Positions 25,790 to 37,198 of a stretch of DNA of 64,000 bases are shown piece after piece (the first letter of the stretch is position 1; each line of letters begins with the position of its first letter). A program made the position numbers and the translations under genes. Source of the stretch: Selaginella moellendorffii (lineage: Eukaryota > Plantae > Lycopodiophyta); contig NW_003314310.1 in NCBI RefSeq assembly GCF_000143415.4, positions 552,611-616,610 of the forward strand. The letters run 5' to 3'. Under the pieces are notes generated by a model. It did no database searches. It was not told the origin of the DNA and saw only the letters and a program-made list of their open reading frames with translations.

Positions 25790-28700
25790 TTTTGGTATTT
25801 TTAGCATGACAAAATTTATTGTGAATTTGTGGCTTTTTATAGCAATATGTATGTTTCTCACGATTCCCACAGAGCAAACAATTCTTTGATCTGCCATTCA
25901 TATGTTGAAGGGAGCTGGCTGTATTGGACCCAACCCCATAGCTTTGCATACTGCAAGCTCAATTATATTTACTCCAGATCCTCCATCTAAGATTGCTCCT
26001 TGTATCAAGTTCTTACCAATGCTTATATTGATACAAAGGACCTTGTCGTTAGTCCTTGGGTTGCATTTGCACATTGTACACATGTTGTGGTTGCACTTTG
26101 CTATGCTTGCTTGGATTGCATACATCCAAGATTTGTTTGGTTAAATAAGGAGCGATTTGTAGGATTTTCTGGAGTGTAAGGGTGATTCCTTGTTGTATGT
26201 GCTCGGCTAGTTGATGGTGTTCGTCTTGAGTGAATTGTTTGAAAGAAGTCTGTAATTAGTTTTCTTCATGCTTTGTAATTTTTGGTTCCTGGTTTTTTAG
26301 ATTTTCCTGAATTGCTTTTAGGATTCTCTTGCTTTCCTACTACTGTGACTCAAGAATTATTTCCAGGTCGTCTTCAGGATTTTCACAATCCTATTTGTCG
26401 GGTAGGTGATGTCTAGGGCATGTGCATGTGATTGCACGTATTGATGGTTGTTCTTCCATGTAGTTTTTTTGCTGTGGAGGAAGTGTCTCCACTTCAATAG
26501 CTCGTGCTACCGGTGGTCTGCCCCTTTGCTCTGCAGGATTTTGATTCTGTATCTGCACAGAGTTTTGATTTGGGACTTGTTGTCTTTGTAAATTCTACTG
26601 ATTTGTTTGTTGTGGTGGTCTTGGTTGGTAGTTGTTGTTTCTTTGGTAGTAATTTTGTTGTTGTTGTCATTGATCATTCCAAGGTCCATATTGATTATTT
26701 AGTTGTGGATTTTGACCCCAATTCCTATTCTGTTGGTAATACTGATTTCTTGGATTTGTGTTCCAGTTTTGATTTCCTCTGAAATTTTGGTTGTAGTAAG
26801 GATTTTCCTCATAGCTTTGGTTATTTCAATTTCCTTTGTGTTCCTAGTTATAGTAGACTTGATTGACTTTGAAATTTTGATTTACTCTACGTGGTTTGTT
26901 CATGTATCGAGAATTGTCTGCTTGGGTAAAAACTTGAGTGACCTCTGTGGTATTCCTGTAACGGCAATTCTTTGCCATGTGGCCTTCTTTGTCACAGATT
27001 TAGCATTTTGGGGCTTGAAATTTACATTCTGGGGCTGTATGACCCTTGTTCTTGCATTTTGTGCACCACACTCCTTCTTTGAGCTCTATTTTAATCATAA
27101 CCTTCTTGAGAAGTGTTGCAATATCTTGGTCTTTCTTCCCCTTTTTGTTCTTTTGTTGTATTTTGTCTTCTTCATCAGTTAATTCTTCTTCTTTTGGTGG
27201 ATTCTGCTTTGTGTATTGTCGCAGTTGGCTCTTGAGCTGATTGATCTTAGATGCAAGATCGTCTATGGAGTTTTCTTCCTTCGACTCTTCCTGGTCCATA
27301 TTTACCATGGCCAGAATTTGGCAATAAAATTTCTTGAGTCCTTGAATATACCAAAGCTGCTGTGCTTGGGTTGTGATCAGCTTGGCACAGTGTTTAGCAT
27401 GGCTTTTGAAGTGACGTGTGTAATCTTCTATATCTTCCTTTGAACCTTGTTTGATGTTTTTCAACAGCTCAAGATGTTCCTCATGAATTCCATCGGACTG
27501 GAATCACTCTGTAAATCTCTTGAGTTTTTCCTCATACGAGAGTTTACTATCCAGATTATAGTACCAATCTGATGCTCTTCCCTTGAGTGTAAAATGGAAT
27601 AGTATTTGTTTGTGGTCGTCTTGTTTGTTGATAGTCAGGATTTATTCGAATTGGGCGAGATGTTGCTCAGGATCCTCAACTTTGCTGCTAGTAAAAATTG
27701 GGTAGGATATCATTCCCCCGATTAAGGTGCCAGGATTTATAAGTGTTATGTTGTTCTTCGGATTTTCAAAAGGTGAGTAGGATTTGAATTCGTCGTCATT
27801 GAAATAGTTATCAGGATTTTCTTTTCCTGATGGTGGGGTTTTCCCAGAACCCTATGTGTTGTGTAGTCTTTCTTCTTGCTCTTCGTTGGTTTTGCTTGTT
27901 TCTCCAGTTTGTTGTTGTTTCTCGTCTTTGTCAAAGTTTTGTAATATTGCTTGCAAGATTTTCTCTTGTTGCTCTTTGTTTTTTTGTTTTGCTAATTTAT
28001 CCTTTACATATGATCTTTTGATGTATCTCTGATTTCGCTGTTGAGCTAGTCGTGGATCGGGTTTGTCTGTATTCCTATACATTCACTTCAGGAACCGTCA
28101 ATTTCCTGATTTCAGCTTTCCTATTGTAGGAAATGTGTCGTATTGGAAAATTTTTGTTGTGTACACAAGGACTATCTTGTGTGTTGGAATTCTGATTTGT
28201 GTTCTGATTGTTGTTCTTAAAGCTGCTGCAAGCACGCTAGTACTTGAGCTATTTAAAACTAGTGTAACTGGGTTGTTTATGGACCCTAAGAAAATTTATG
28301 TATATTTGCTGGAAGATGTGTCCTTTAAACACCCACATCAGGGTTCTTTTGCCAGCAAAGTGATCAAAAATCACATTTTCTTCTTTGTGCATTTCTTCAT
28401 TTTTCCCTCTCTTTCTCTTGGGATTTCAGGATTTACTCAGGATCTTTCCAGGTCTTCCAGTTTTTCTTCTTGCTTCGGGGTTGCATTTTCTTGGTCTTTG
28501 ATCTTCAAGGCTGCTTTCTTATTGATGCAGTAGTCACATCTCTTGCCTGGATAGCATATTGTGTATGGCTTTGCACACTTTTGAAATCCACACAGCAAGC
28601 AATCTTGGTATTGTGTGCAGCTCTTGTCTCTAAATGGGCAGTTGTGCCCCTCCATGTGTGTGGGCACTTGCATTGCCGTGCATCTTCACTTTCACAAATC

Positions 28701-29207
28701 TTGAGTTGCAAATTTCTGAGTCTTGGTTGAGGATCCTCAAAATATTTTTTGTCTTCAACCTTCGGCTGTGTAAAGGTTTTGTAACCACCTTGGATTTCTT
28801 AGGAAAAATCTTGGTTTGTCTTTGCTTGAGTGCTTTCTAGCACTAACACTGTTGTCTAATGCCTTTAATCTTCATATTTCTTCATTTCTCTTTTGTTTCT
28901 TCCATGTTGTGCCCTATTTCCTCCTTGTTCCTTTGTTATGGGTTCAATCTTCTAGGTGTGATCAGTGTCCAGTGTCTACCCTCATTGTGCTCCCAATCCC
29001 ACCATAGTCGCCAGTGGAAAATACGTAGAAAACCCACCCTTGCACAAGTCCTGCAAGGAGAGAAAAATCTAAACTACTTGCATTTCCTATGCTATCGGGA
29101 ATTCTTGTGCCTCTCTTGGACCCCGACTGCAAAACCTATAAACAAAAAGAACAACAAAATATGACTCTTGATCCCAAAGGAAGGTCATGGACAAGGATTG
29201 AGCTTTG
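25790..29207 (-). mobile_element. Degenerate Ty3/gypsy 5' half (Tat/Ogre-like): LTR remnant, PBS, upstream Cys-rich ORF, gag, protease
   Basis: PBS TGGCGACTATGGTGGGA on - at 28997-29013. Gag has IKQGSKEDIEDYTRHF and the knuckle CTKCKNKGHTAPEC (27000-27464). Protease motif ILDGGSGVNII at 25898-26125. Confidence 0.8.
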
Positions 29208-30146
29208 TGTAAGCCACAATTTTTCCTTTCCAATTTGCTAGCTTACCTTGTTTATCTGACCACCATGGCCTTGGCCTTAGTTAAGTTCCCTCGCTAAGGT
29301 TCCCACCTATTGTACCAATCTTACTTGGTCCTACTTGGTTTCAACAACTCACTACATGAGTAACAGAGTGTTAGCTATCCATCTACAGATTCCCAAATTC
29401 TCTCATAATCCCCCCTCCCTAGGTTAAACTAGATTTAAGGTTCGACTACATTCCCCGTAAACACAAGTAGCCAAGCACACTAAGCCTCCAGATTTTTAAC
29501 ATCCCTTGGTACAACAAGACTTGATCATGGGACCCTTTAAATCCTAAGCGTTAGGTGCAATATTTGCTTTAAAACACCAGGAGGAAACACCATGGCCAAA
29601 CGGCCTGGTATAGGTCCACTTCCATCCCAAAAGGAAGGCCCAAGCCCCTAGGAAGAGCGAGGATCAATGAGCTGCAAGGTACTCAAGTGGGGCACCACTC
29701 CACATAAGTTGGGAGCATTACAGTTGGTTTCCCTTTCGAGAGTGGGAGCTGCTCTTAAGTACTTTCTTGGGTGGCCCCTCTGGCACTTAGACCTCATTAT
29801 CCCTACTATACTTTTAGAACCCCTTGCAGCCCCCCCCCAGGGAGACACATGCTTTGGACTTTCACCCCACAACCTGTAATAGTATTTAGACTCGGTCTCG
29901 GACTCGATCTTGGACTCAACCTCAAACTCAGACTCGGTCTCGGACTTGATCTCGCTCGATCTCGGACTTGATCTTGCTCGATCTCAGACCCGACCTTGGA
30001 CTCAGTCTCAGACTCGGTCTCGGACCCAATCTTGGATCTCAGTCTTGGACTCGGTCTCGAACTTGGTCTCGGAGTCGGTCTTGGACTCGAACTCGAACTC
30101 AGTCTCAGAGCCAATGTCGAACTCGATCTCAGACTCGGTCTCATCA
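29208..30146 (-). repeat. Solo or partial LTR related to the element C LTR, with a degenerate CTCGGA-type array at 29888-30143
   Basis: Starts TGTAAGC-like as the C LTR does, and shares the CCCTACTATACTTTT...GCTTTGG.CTTTCACC block and the hexamer array. Confidence 0.7.
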
Positions 30147-31372
30147 TGATAATCCTCATTATTATGTAATTAAAAGAATAAATTACCTATATATGCCCCT
30201 AAACATTTTATATAAAATTCCTAATGAGTTATTACACATTGCTGACTTGATCCTCTATGCAAACTCTCTTCTTCCTTGATCTTCCAAGAAGTCACCATAA
30301 AAAGGCTTTATCAGAAGAATATAATTTTTCAGCATAAATACTTAACTTGTAAACATGGATAGTGATTTGCACAAGCCTAGACCCGGATATTTCAAAGCCT
30401 GCATTTAAACATGATAAAACAAGTTAAAGTGGAGTTGGAGATGAAATTATAAAACTTATGAAACAATGCTATTACAACATGACTATATGGTAACCCTATC
30501 TGCTACCAATGAAAGCAAGGTTAACAATTTGAGTGTTGTTTGTTGTTTGCACTTGTAAAATCTGGATATTTACTGGCTGAACACAATAATGCCTCCCTCT
30601 TGCAATGGCCTCTTGCACATTTTTCATTTGGAACCAAAAATGCTCTACAAGTGAAGTCTAAATCTTCTTGAGCTCTCATTCTCTTCATAAAACCAAGTCA
30701 TGATTTTCTGTTGAATCAATTGTATCAGGATGGGCATCTCTCTTGCTTCTAACAACAAAGTATTTAGAGCTTCAACAATGTTAATCATTTCCCCTAAAAC
30801 TATAAAATCAAAGAAAACTCTTAAAATTTAGATTGGATCAATAGTTATGCCCAACTCCTACAATGAAATGGGCATTTCTCTCTACCTTGATCCTCTATGC
30901 AAACTCTCTTCTTAGAAGGTATTGTAGTGAAAAATCAAAAGAAATGCTAATAGCTTATTTTAATGTTAATTTCTTACAAGAATATAATTTTCCCTAGGCA
31001 AAACTAAGAAACTTTTCCATCAAGATGAAAAAGTGGAAAAAGAACACAATGCCTATAAAATAACCCAACTTTATATTATATGGCTAACACTTCCCATATC
31101 TTTCTTTTTTTCCCTCTTCCTCTTTTTCAGTTGTTGATTTTGAGATCTATGTTTTCTTTGTCTAGGTGACTGATGCCATGAAAAGCTCTCTTGACGCTCT
31201 AGAAAAGGAGGTACCGTGGGAGTTCTCTGGAGCAGCTGATTGGAGTAGAGTCTACAAACTTGAGGCATTAGAAGAACAAGTCCGGTGATGACGGTCGATG
31301 TCAGCATGGATCGAGAGCTTGATAAAATGTGAATATTTTTAGCTCACACCGATGTATAGTTACAAAGAGTCT

Positions 31373-31490
31373 GGCAAAGAGGAGCCTCTGCAACCATTAG
31401 AGTCATTTGTGTGTCTGCTGACGAAGCAGATCATGCAGGAGCCAGTTATGGTCCAGTAGGAGCATAGTGTGATTAAGAGGATGGTTTAAA
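31373..31490 (+). pseudogene. U-box domain fragment (plant U-box E3 ligase remnant)
   Basis: Manual translation GKEEPLQPLESFVCLLTKQIMQEPVMVQ*EHSVIKR resembles the U-box start F.CPLT..IM.DPV...ER..I..W. It contains a stop and a deletion. Confidence 0.6.
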
Positions 31491-32717
31491 ACTGCACCAA
31501 AGAGTGATGGCTGAGGCTGGGGGGCTGAGGCTGGGTCCCATGAACCATTGGTCACACGACTGATAGTGGTCATAATTCTCATTTGTGGCGTTTTCCTAAG
31601 TTACAAAGCAGGAAAAGTTCTTATTCATATGCTGTCAGCCAGTATGAGTTAAAGTAAAGGTTTAAAATTTGGAAGATATAGTAAATATATAATAAAATAT
31701 TACGTAATAATTTCAGTAAAAATGGGGCAAACATTGTGATCAATATTACCAAATAAGTAGTTTTGTAGTCCAATACCTAATAAGATGACTAAGAAAGACA
31801 TGGGCTTGTTGGAACTTTACTGTGATATTTTCTTGTATAAGTTATGATTAAATGCCTCTTAAGTTTTTATTACCTTTTATTTTAAAGTGATTACTCCCAT
31901 AGGGTACCCTAATTGCATCTAAAAGAGGGCAATTTCACTTGGCGGGCTTGAAGTTCATCATATTTGTGCTGCACTGTGCACTTGCAGCCACAGGGTTTGG
32001 CTTTGGTGTGAAGGGTGGTAGTGGGAGAAAGCTCTTGTAATAAGATGCAACTATTAGTGGTGATGCTGATGTGACAAATGAAATTGCTAATGTGAACCCT
32101 TTTCTTTCCATGGAGCTTTTTAAGACTTAAGCTCCTGCTTGAGCTCTGGGTGCCTCTATGCTGGATATCCAGATGTTTCAAAGAATTCCTTGCAGGACTT
32201 TGAAGCTTGGAGTGACCACTTTTGGGTTGAAGAGTTTAGACTCCCTCCCCTTTAAGAGATTGAGTAGATGTGGAGCTCCCTGGTGGCAAATTATAGCCAT
32301 ACTGAATATGCCATTTTCAGACACAATATGTTAACATCTAGCATTGTGGTTATCCTTTTAGGCAGTGGAGGTGGTGGGGCATTTGGGCAACATCCTTAGC
32401 AGATCACTCGAACTGGCAACTTTGGTGACACAATTATCCAATTAGATAATGAATTATAAACTTTGTAATTTTTGGTTTGTTTAATAAAAATCTGTAAAAG
32501 ACTAAGGTGGAATATATCTAAAATATACTTGAATATTTTAGAATATTCTATCATTTAATGGTTATTATTCATTAAATTACATTTGTGTTTATAATTTATA
32601 AACGTTCCTATACACTTTTTAGTATATTCTTGTTTATTCTAATGGTTAATATGTCATAAGCCCTAAAAGAATCCATTGGCGCTCTTTCTCAAACCAAAAT
32701 TTGCTGCGCAGCAAAGA

Positions 32718-34388
32718 ATGTGGCAAGCGAGTGCTCCCATCTATCCGAGATGCGCTCTCCCAGCTGTGATCGCCATCGGCGGCCGTCTACGCATCCATCC
32801 TCCGCCGCTGCGGCATCTCCCGCTCGCTCGCCGACGGCCGCCGCGTCCACGATCACATCCTCGCCACAGGCCACTTCCTCCGGAGCGTCCACCTCGGTAA
32901 TCTCCTCATCCAGATGTACAGGAAATGTGGTGGCACCACCAGCCTCGCGGCCGCGCGTGTAGTCTTTGATTAGATGCCCAAGAAAGATGTGGTGTCTTGG
33001 AGCTGCATCATCGCGGCCTACGCGCAGTCGGGGCATTGCCGCGAGGCGATCAATCTCTTCCAGCGCATGGATGTGGAACCCAACGAAATGGTGATCGTGA
33101 GCACACTGGCTGCGTGCTCCGGCGCCAAGGATCTCGCGCTGGGCAAGGCCATCCACGCGAGAATTCTCTCCCCGGATCTCCGCAAGAGCGTGTTCGTTGG
33201 GACAGCGCTCCTCAACATGTATGCCAAGTGTGGAGCGATCAAGCAGGCCAGGGCGGTGTTCGATCGGATGCCGCACAAGGATGTAGTGTCCTGGACTGCG
33301 ATGATCACCACATTTGCCCAGATGGGGGATTGCCGCCAGGCGCTCGAGACGCTCGAGGGGATGATCCAAGCTCGCGTCCAGCCCAATCCGGTGACCTTCG
33401 TCGCGGCGATCACTGCGTGCTCCAGCAGGGAATTTCTTGATCGGGGCAGGAAGATCCACGCCGCCGTGATTGACCTGGGCCTCCACAGCGACATCACAAT
33501 CCAGAATGCGCTCGTCTCGATGTACGCGAAGGGTGGCAGCACGGAGGAAGCTCTTGCGGTGTTCCAGAGGATGGAAGATCGCAACAGGGTCTCGTGGAAC
33601 AGCATGATCGCGGCCTTTGCCGTGAGCGCACAGTCCTGCGCGGCGATGGGCCTCTTCCACGGCATGAACTTGGAAGGGATCAAGCCTGACGACGTGAGCT
33701 TTCTGGGAGTTATAAGTGCTTGCTCGAGCGCTTGCTTGCGATCGTGCAAGCGGATCCACTCGCAGCTGGAGCTCGCCGCGGTGCACTCTCCTCCGGATTT
33801 GAGCGTGGAGAACTTGCTTGTCACTGCCTACGCCAAGTGTGGAGATCTAGAGGCCGCCGAGAGGATTTTTCAGAGAATCCCAGGCAAGAACGTCGTGTCC
33901 CGCGCTGCGGCAGCATGGGAGACGCCGCCGCCACCTTCCACCGCATGAGAGCCCGCGACACGGTGACGTGGAGTTCGCTGGTGGCGGGATACGCCCACCA
34001 CAGCCACGCCGATGCCATCCTCCTCTACCGCGACATGCACCTCGAGGGCATCCAGCCCGACAGCGTCACCTACGTCAGCATCCTCAACTCGTGCAGCCAT
34101 GCCAGCCTACTTGCCCAGGCGCGGCATTTCTTCGTGTCCATGGTCGAGGACCACTGCATGGTGGACGTGCTGGGGCGGGCGGGGTTTGTCGGGCGGGCAG
34201 AGGACGTGGTGAGGAATATGCCGTTCCAGCCGGATGTGGTGGCGTGGAACACGCTGCTGGGGTGCTGCAAGGTGCACGGGGACGCGTGGCGGGGGGCCGT
34301 GGCGGCGTGGAACGCGGTGGGGATTAGCCCGGGTTTTGCGGGGTCAACGGTGCTGCTGTATATGTATGGGAGCTTGGTCGGGGTTTAG
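32718..34388 (+). pseudogene. PLS/E-class pentatricopeptide repeat gene, disrupted
   Basis: Repeats such as LLNMYAKCG...ARAVFDRMPHKDVVSWTAMI and the E domain MPFQPDVVAWNTLLGCCKVHGD. There is an in-frame TAG at 32971 and a frameshifting deletion at ~33900. Confidence 0.9.
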
Positions 34389-34612
34389 GTTTAGGGTTTA
34401 TCTACAATTTTTTTCAATTTGCAGTCTGTTGGATTATTGTTGGGATTTTTCTTTTCTCGCAGCTTTTGTTTGCCACGTACCATGAATGCCAGCAGCATGG
34501 TTTTAAAGAAATCCTTCCAGTGGACACAACCAGTGAGTCCATATTCTGAAAAAAGCTACAAAATAGTATTCAGAGTTAATCACATGGATTGTAGTGAAAA
34601 AAAAGTAAAAAC

Positions 34613-35874
34613 TTATCTTGAAACAAGCGCCTCCTTTTTTTCTAAATCGCAAGCATTTACAAAGCTTTGGAAGGTTGGAGAAATCCACAGACTCTTTTCC
34701 TCGAGCTGGATCACCATGTCCAATCCTTCCACCCATCGATTTCTTCTGTAAGCCTTGGCGATCTCTTCCGCCACCACCGGCGATGCCAGACTCATCTCCC
34801 TGGCTAGCATCTCCCCCACACAGCGCTGGAGCTCGTCGAGACGATCCAGCCGCGAGCATCCAACGAGCAACGCGTTGTAGCTCTCCTCGCTAAGTTCCTC
34901 CTCCAGATCCTCCGCCATTTCCCCGTGTGTCTTGTCGAAATCCTCCGGCATTCCCATCTTCGAGTAGCCGCAGAGGAGAGTGTTGTAAGTCATGGCGTCG
35001 GGACGAAAGCTCGAGCACTCGCTGTCGCCCAGGAGATTTGCGAGGCCTGGCGAGTCGCCCAGCCTCGCAAACATGGCGATGAGGATGTAGTACGTGACTG
35101 CGTTTGGCGAGCACCCCTTGCGGAAGGCCTGTTCGAGGATGGAGAGCGCGGTTTGAGCGTGACCTTTCTTGGCGTAGGCGAGGATGAGAGCGTTGCAGCA
35201 CCTCGTCGATTGCTTGAGCCCCTTGCCTTTGAGATCGTCGAACCAGATGCGTGCTAGCCTCAGGCTCCCAACGACTCCGGCGTAAGTGATCATCGTCGCG
35301 TAGAGCTGCTCGAGCTGCGGTCTTTTGGCCGATAGTAGGACCATTGGATTGTTCGTGAGCCATGTAAAAACCTGGCACGATCGTGATATAAGAACGCGAT
35401 GGATGGAGAGGACGAAACAATAAAGAATGTCACCGACAAGATCAGACTCGATCAGGCATGAAAGATAAGAAAACCAAAAGAAATCCCGACCAACAACACC
35501 AAAGTTTGATGGCAAGAAAAGCAAGAAACTCATAAGCAAAGCTGGAAGAACAGCCACGAAGAACATAGCAAATCAAAAGAAACTAGAAAATAAGAGAAAA
35601 AATCTTAAGATTCTTGCGTACCTCTAAACTGTAGTCGTGCCCCTCCCATGAGATCGCCCAGCATAGGAATCCAGAAGCTCTCGAAATCTCTCACGTAGCT
35701 CTTCTTGTCCAAGATCGCCTCGAGCGCCCCCATGGACGAAGCATTCTCGGGCCGCATTCTCATGAGCCTGCCGTAATATCCTGGATTCGGCTGGGATGGA
35801 TTGGCCCTCGGGGCGGAGGCCAAGAACGAGCTCCAAGTATGGCGTCTCGCTCCACGATTCCACCGTGTAGCCAT
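34613..35874 (-). CDS. P-class PPR protein; probable exons 35874-35622 and 35371-34613, possibly pseudogenised
   Basis: Repeats CNALILAYAKKG, PNAVTYYILIAMFARLG and PDAMTYNTLLCGYSKMG. The transit-peptide-like start is MATRWNRGARR. A GT..AG intron lies at 35621-35372, but the phases do not match. Confidence 0.7.
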
Positions 35875-36939
35875 AGCCGCTCGCAGTCGCAGTGGCAATG
35901 CAGCTAAGTCCAGACCTGGCAATCGATCCCCGGAAGAACAGCCTCGAATCGAGACGAGCGTGAGAGAATCCCGCCGCCGCGCGCGCTGGACAGGTGTCCA
36001 CGCGAGGTTTTGCCGAGAGGTCTAGCGAGCCCACTCCATCGATCGATCGATCGCGTAGCTCTCCGCGCCTATGAAATTCTCTCCATGGGGATCCAGTAGC
36101 AGTGTCCTTCGCCGTGCTCGTCCTGGCGGCATCGTCGTTCCTCTCGAGCACCAGCGGCGATCTTCTCTCCAGGCGTTGTCCATGCCCCGGGCGGTGGCGC
36201 TAATCCCGATGAGCTCTCCTTTACATTCTCAATTTGGAGGGCGTTAGTTGGGACTAAGTAACATTTATGTGAGCATTCTTACAGCATTGAGCCACTCCGG
36301 CCTGGTTCAATGAAGTTTGATTATTTTGTGTTTTCAGACATGATTTATGTTCTTGGACTTGTGAAAACCTTTTTGATAGCATGCTAGGATCAGGGTAAGG
36401 TGGTGGTGGCGGCATTCCTGATGTCCGAGTCAGGTTGTAAGAGATCGATTGCCCAATGCAACGGTCCAGGACATTGCTGCTGTGAAGTCGTGATGCTTTA
36501 TAAATATGTGTAGACTGTCTATAGTATATAACACAGTATACATAGAGTTTATACAGTAACTATCTTAAAACACTATATTTGTTGTTTTTGCAAATTAATC
36601 TTCTTTACTGGAAACTTTTATTTAAGTTTCAAAATATCAGAGTTATGGTAGATATGTTTATCTTGGTTCTAAAAATCTTTTATAAAAAAATAGCTAGAAT
36701 TTATAATTTTTAAAATTTTGATTTTAAGTTTGTTATCAATTTTAGAACTAGTGTAAATTTTGGTGTGTAATGGATTTAGTTAATGTAGCGTAGTCTTTTT
36801 GTCATTGAAAAAATTAGTAGGAGGTTATATAATCTATATTTTTGTTGATGGATATGAATTTTTGTTTAAAACAATGAAGCTAATAATCAATAATATCTTT
36901 AAAACTTACTTAATACAATTATACATAATGATTAAAATT

Positions 36940-36942
<3 letters not shown>

Positions 36943-36972
<30 letters not shown>
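36943..36972. repeat. (TA)n microsatellite
   Basis: Directly visible; another lies at ~51796-51826. Confidence 0.9.
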
Positions 36973-36978
<6 letters not shown>

Positions 36979-37198
36979 AAAAAAAGATAAATACAATAGA
37001 AGATATAGTACCTTAATAAAAATTAAAATTCAGTTCTTTTAGATATATTAATGTATCTAAATAAATTAGCTTCTATGATACTTTGAACTTCCACAATAAT
37101 AAAAATATGCAAAGTTTCATTCTATCTATATAGCTATAACATTTATGTAATTTTTATTTAAAATATTTTTTTCATTCATTATTTTACATATTTGGATG

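Noticed and set aside
26504-28533. Hydrophobic + strand ORFs resembling membrane or env proteins
   Set aside because: They are antisense to an A-rich gag region, so the composition explains the hydrophobicity.
30200-32450. Possible exon fragments and short duplications (30247 and 30887)
   Set aside because: Apart from the U-box piece, no recognisable product can be supported.
32689-33824. Long antisense ORFs over the PPR genes (also 57827-58762)
   Set aside because: Shadow ORFs of GC-rich coding sequence.
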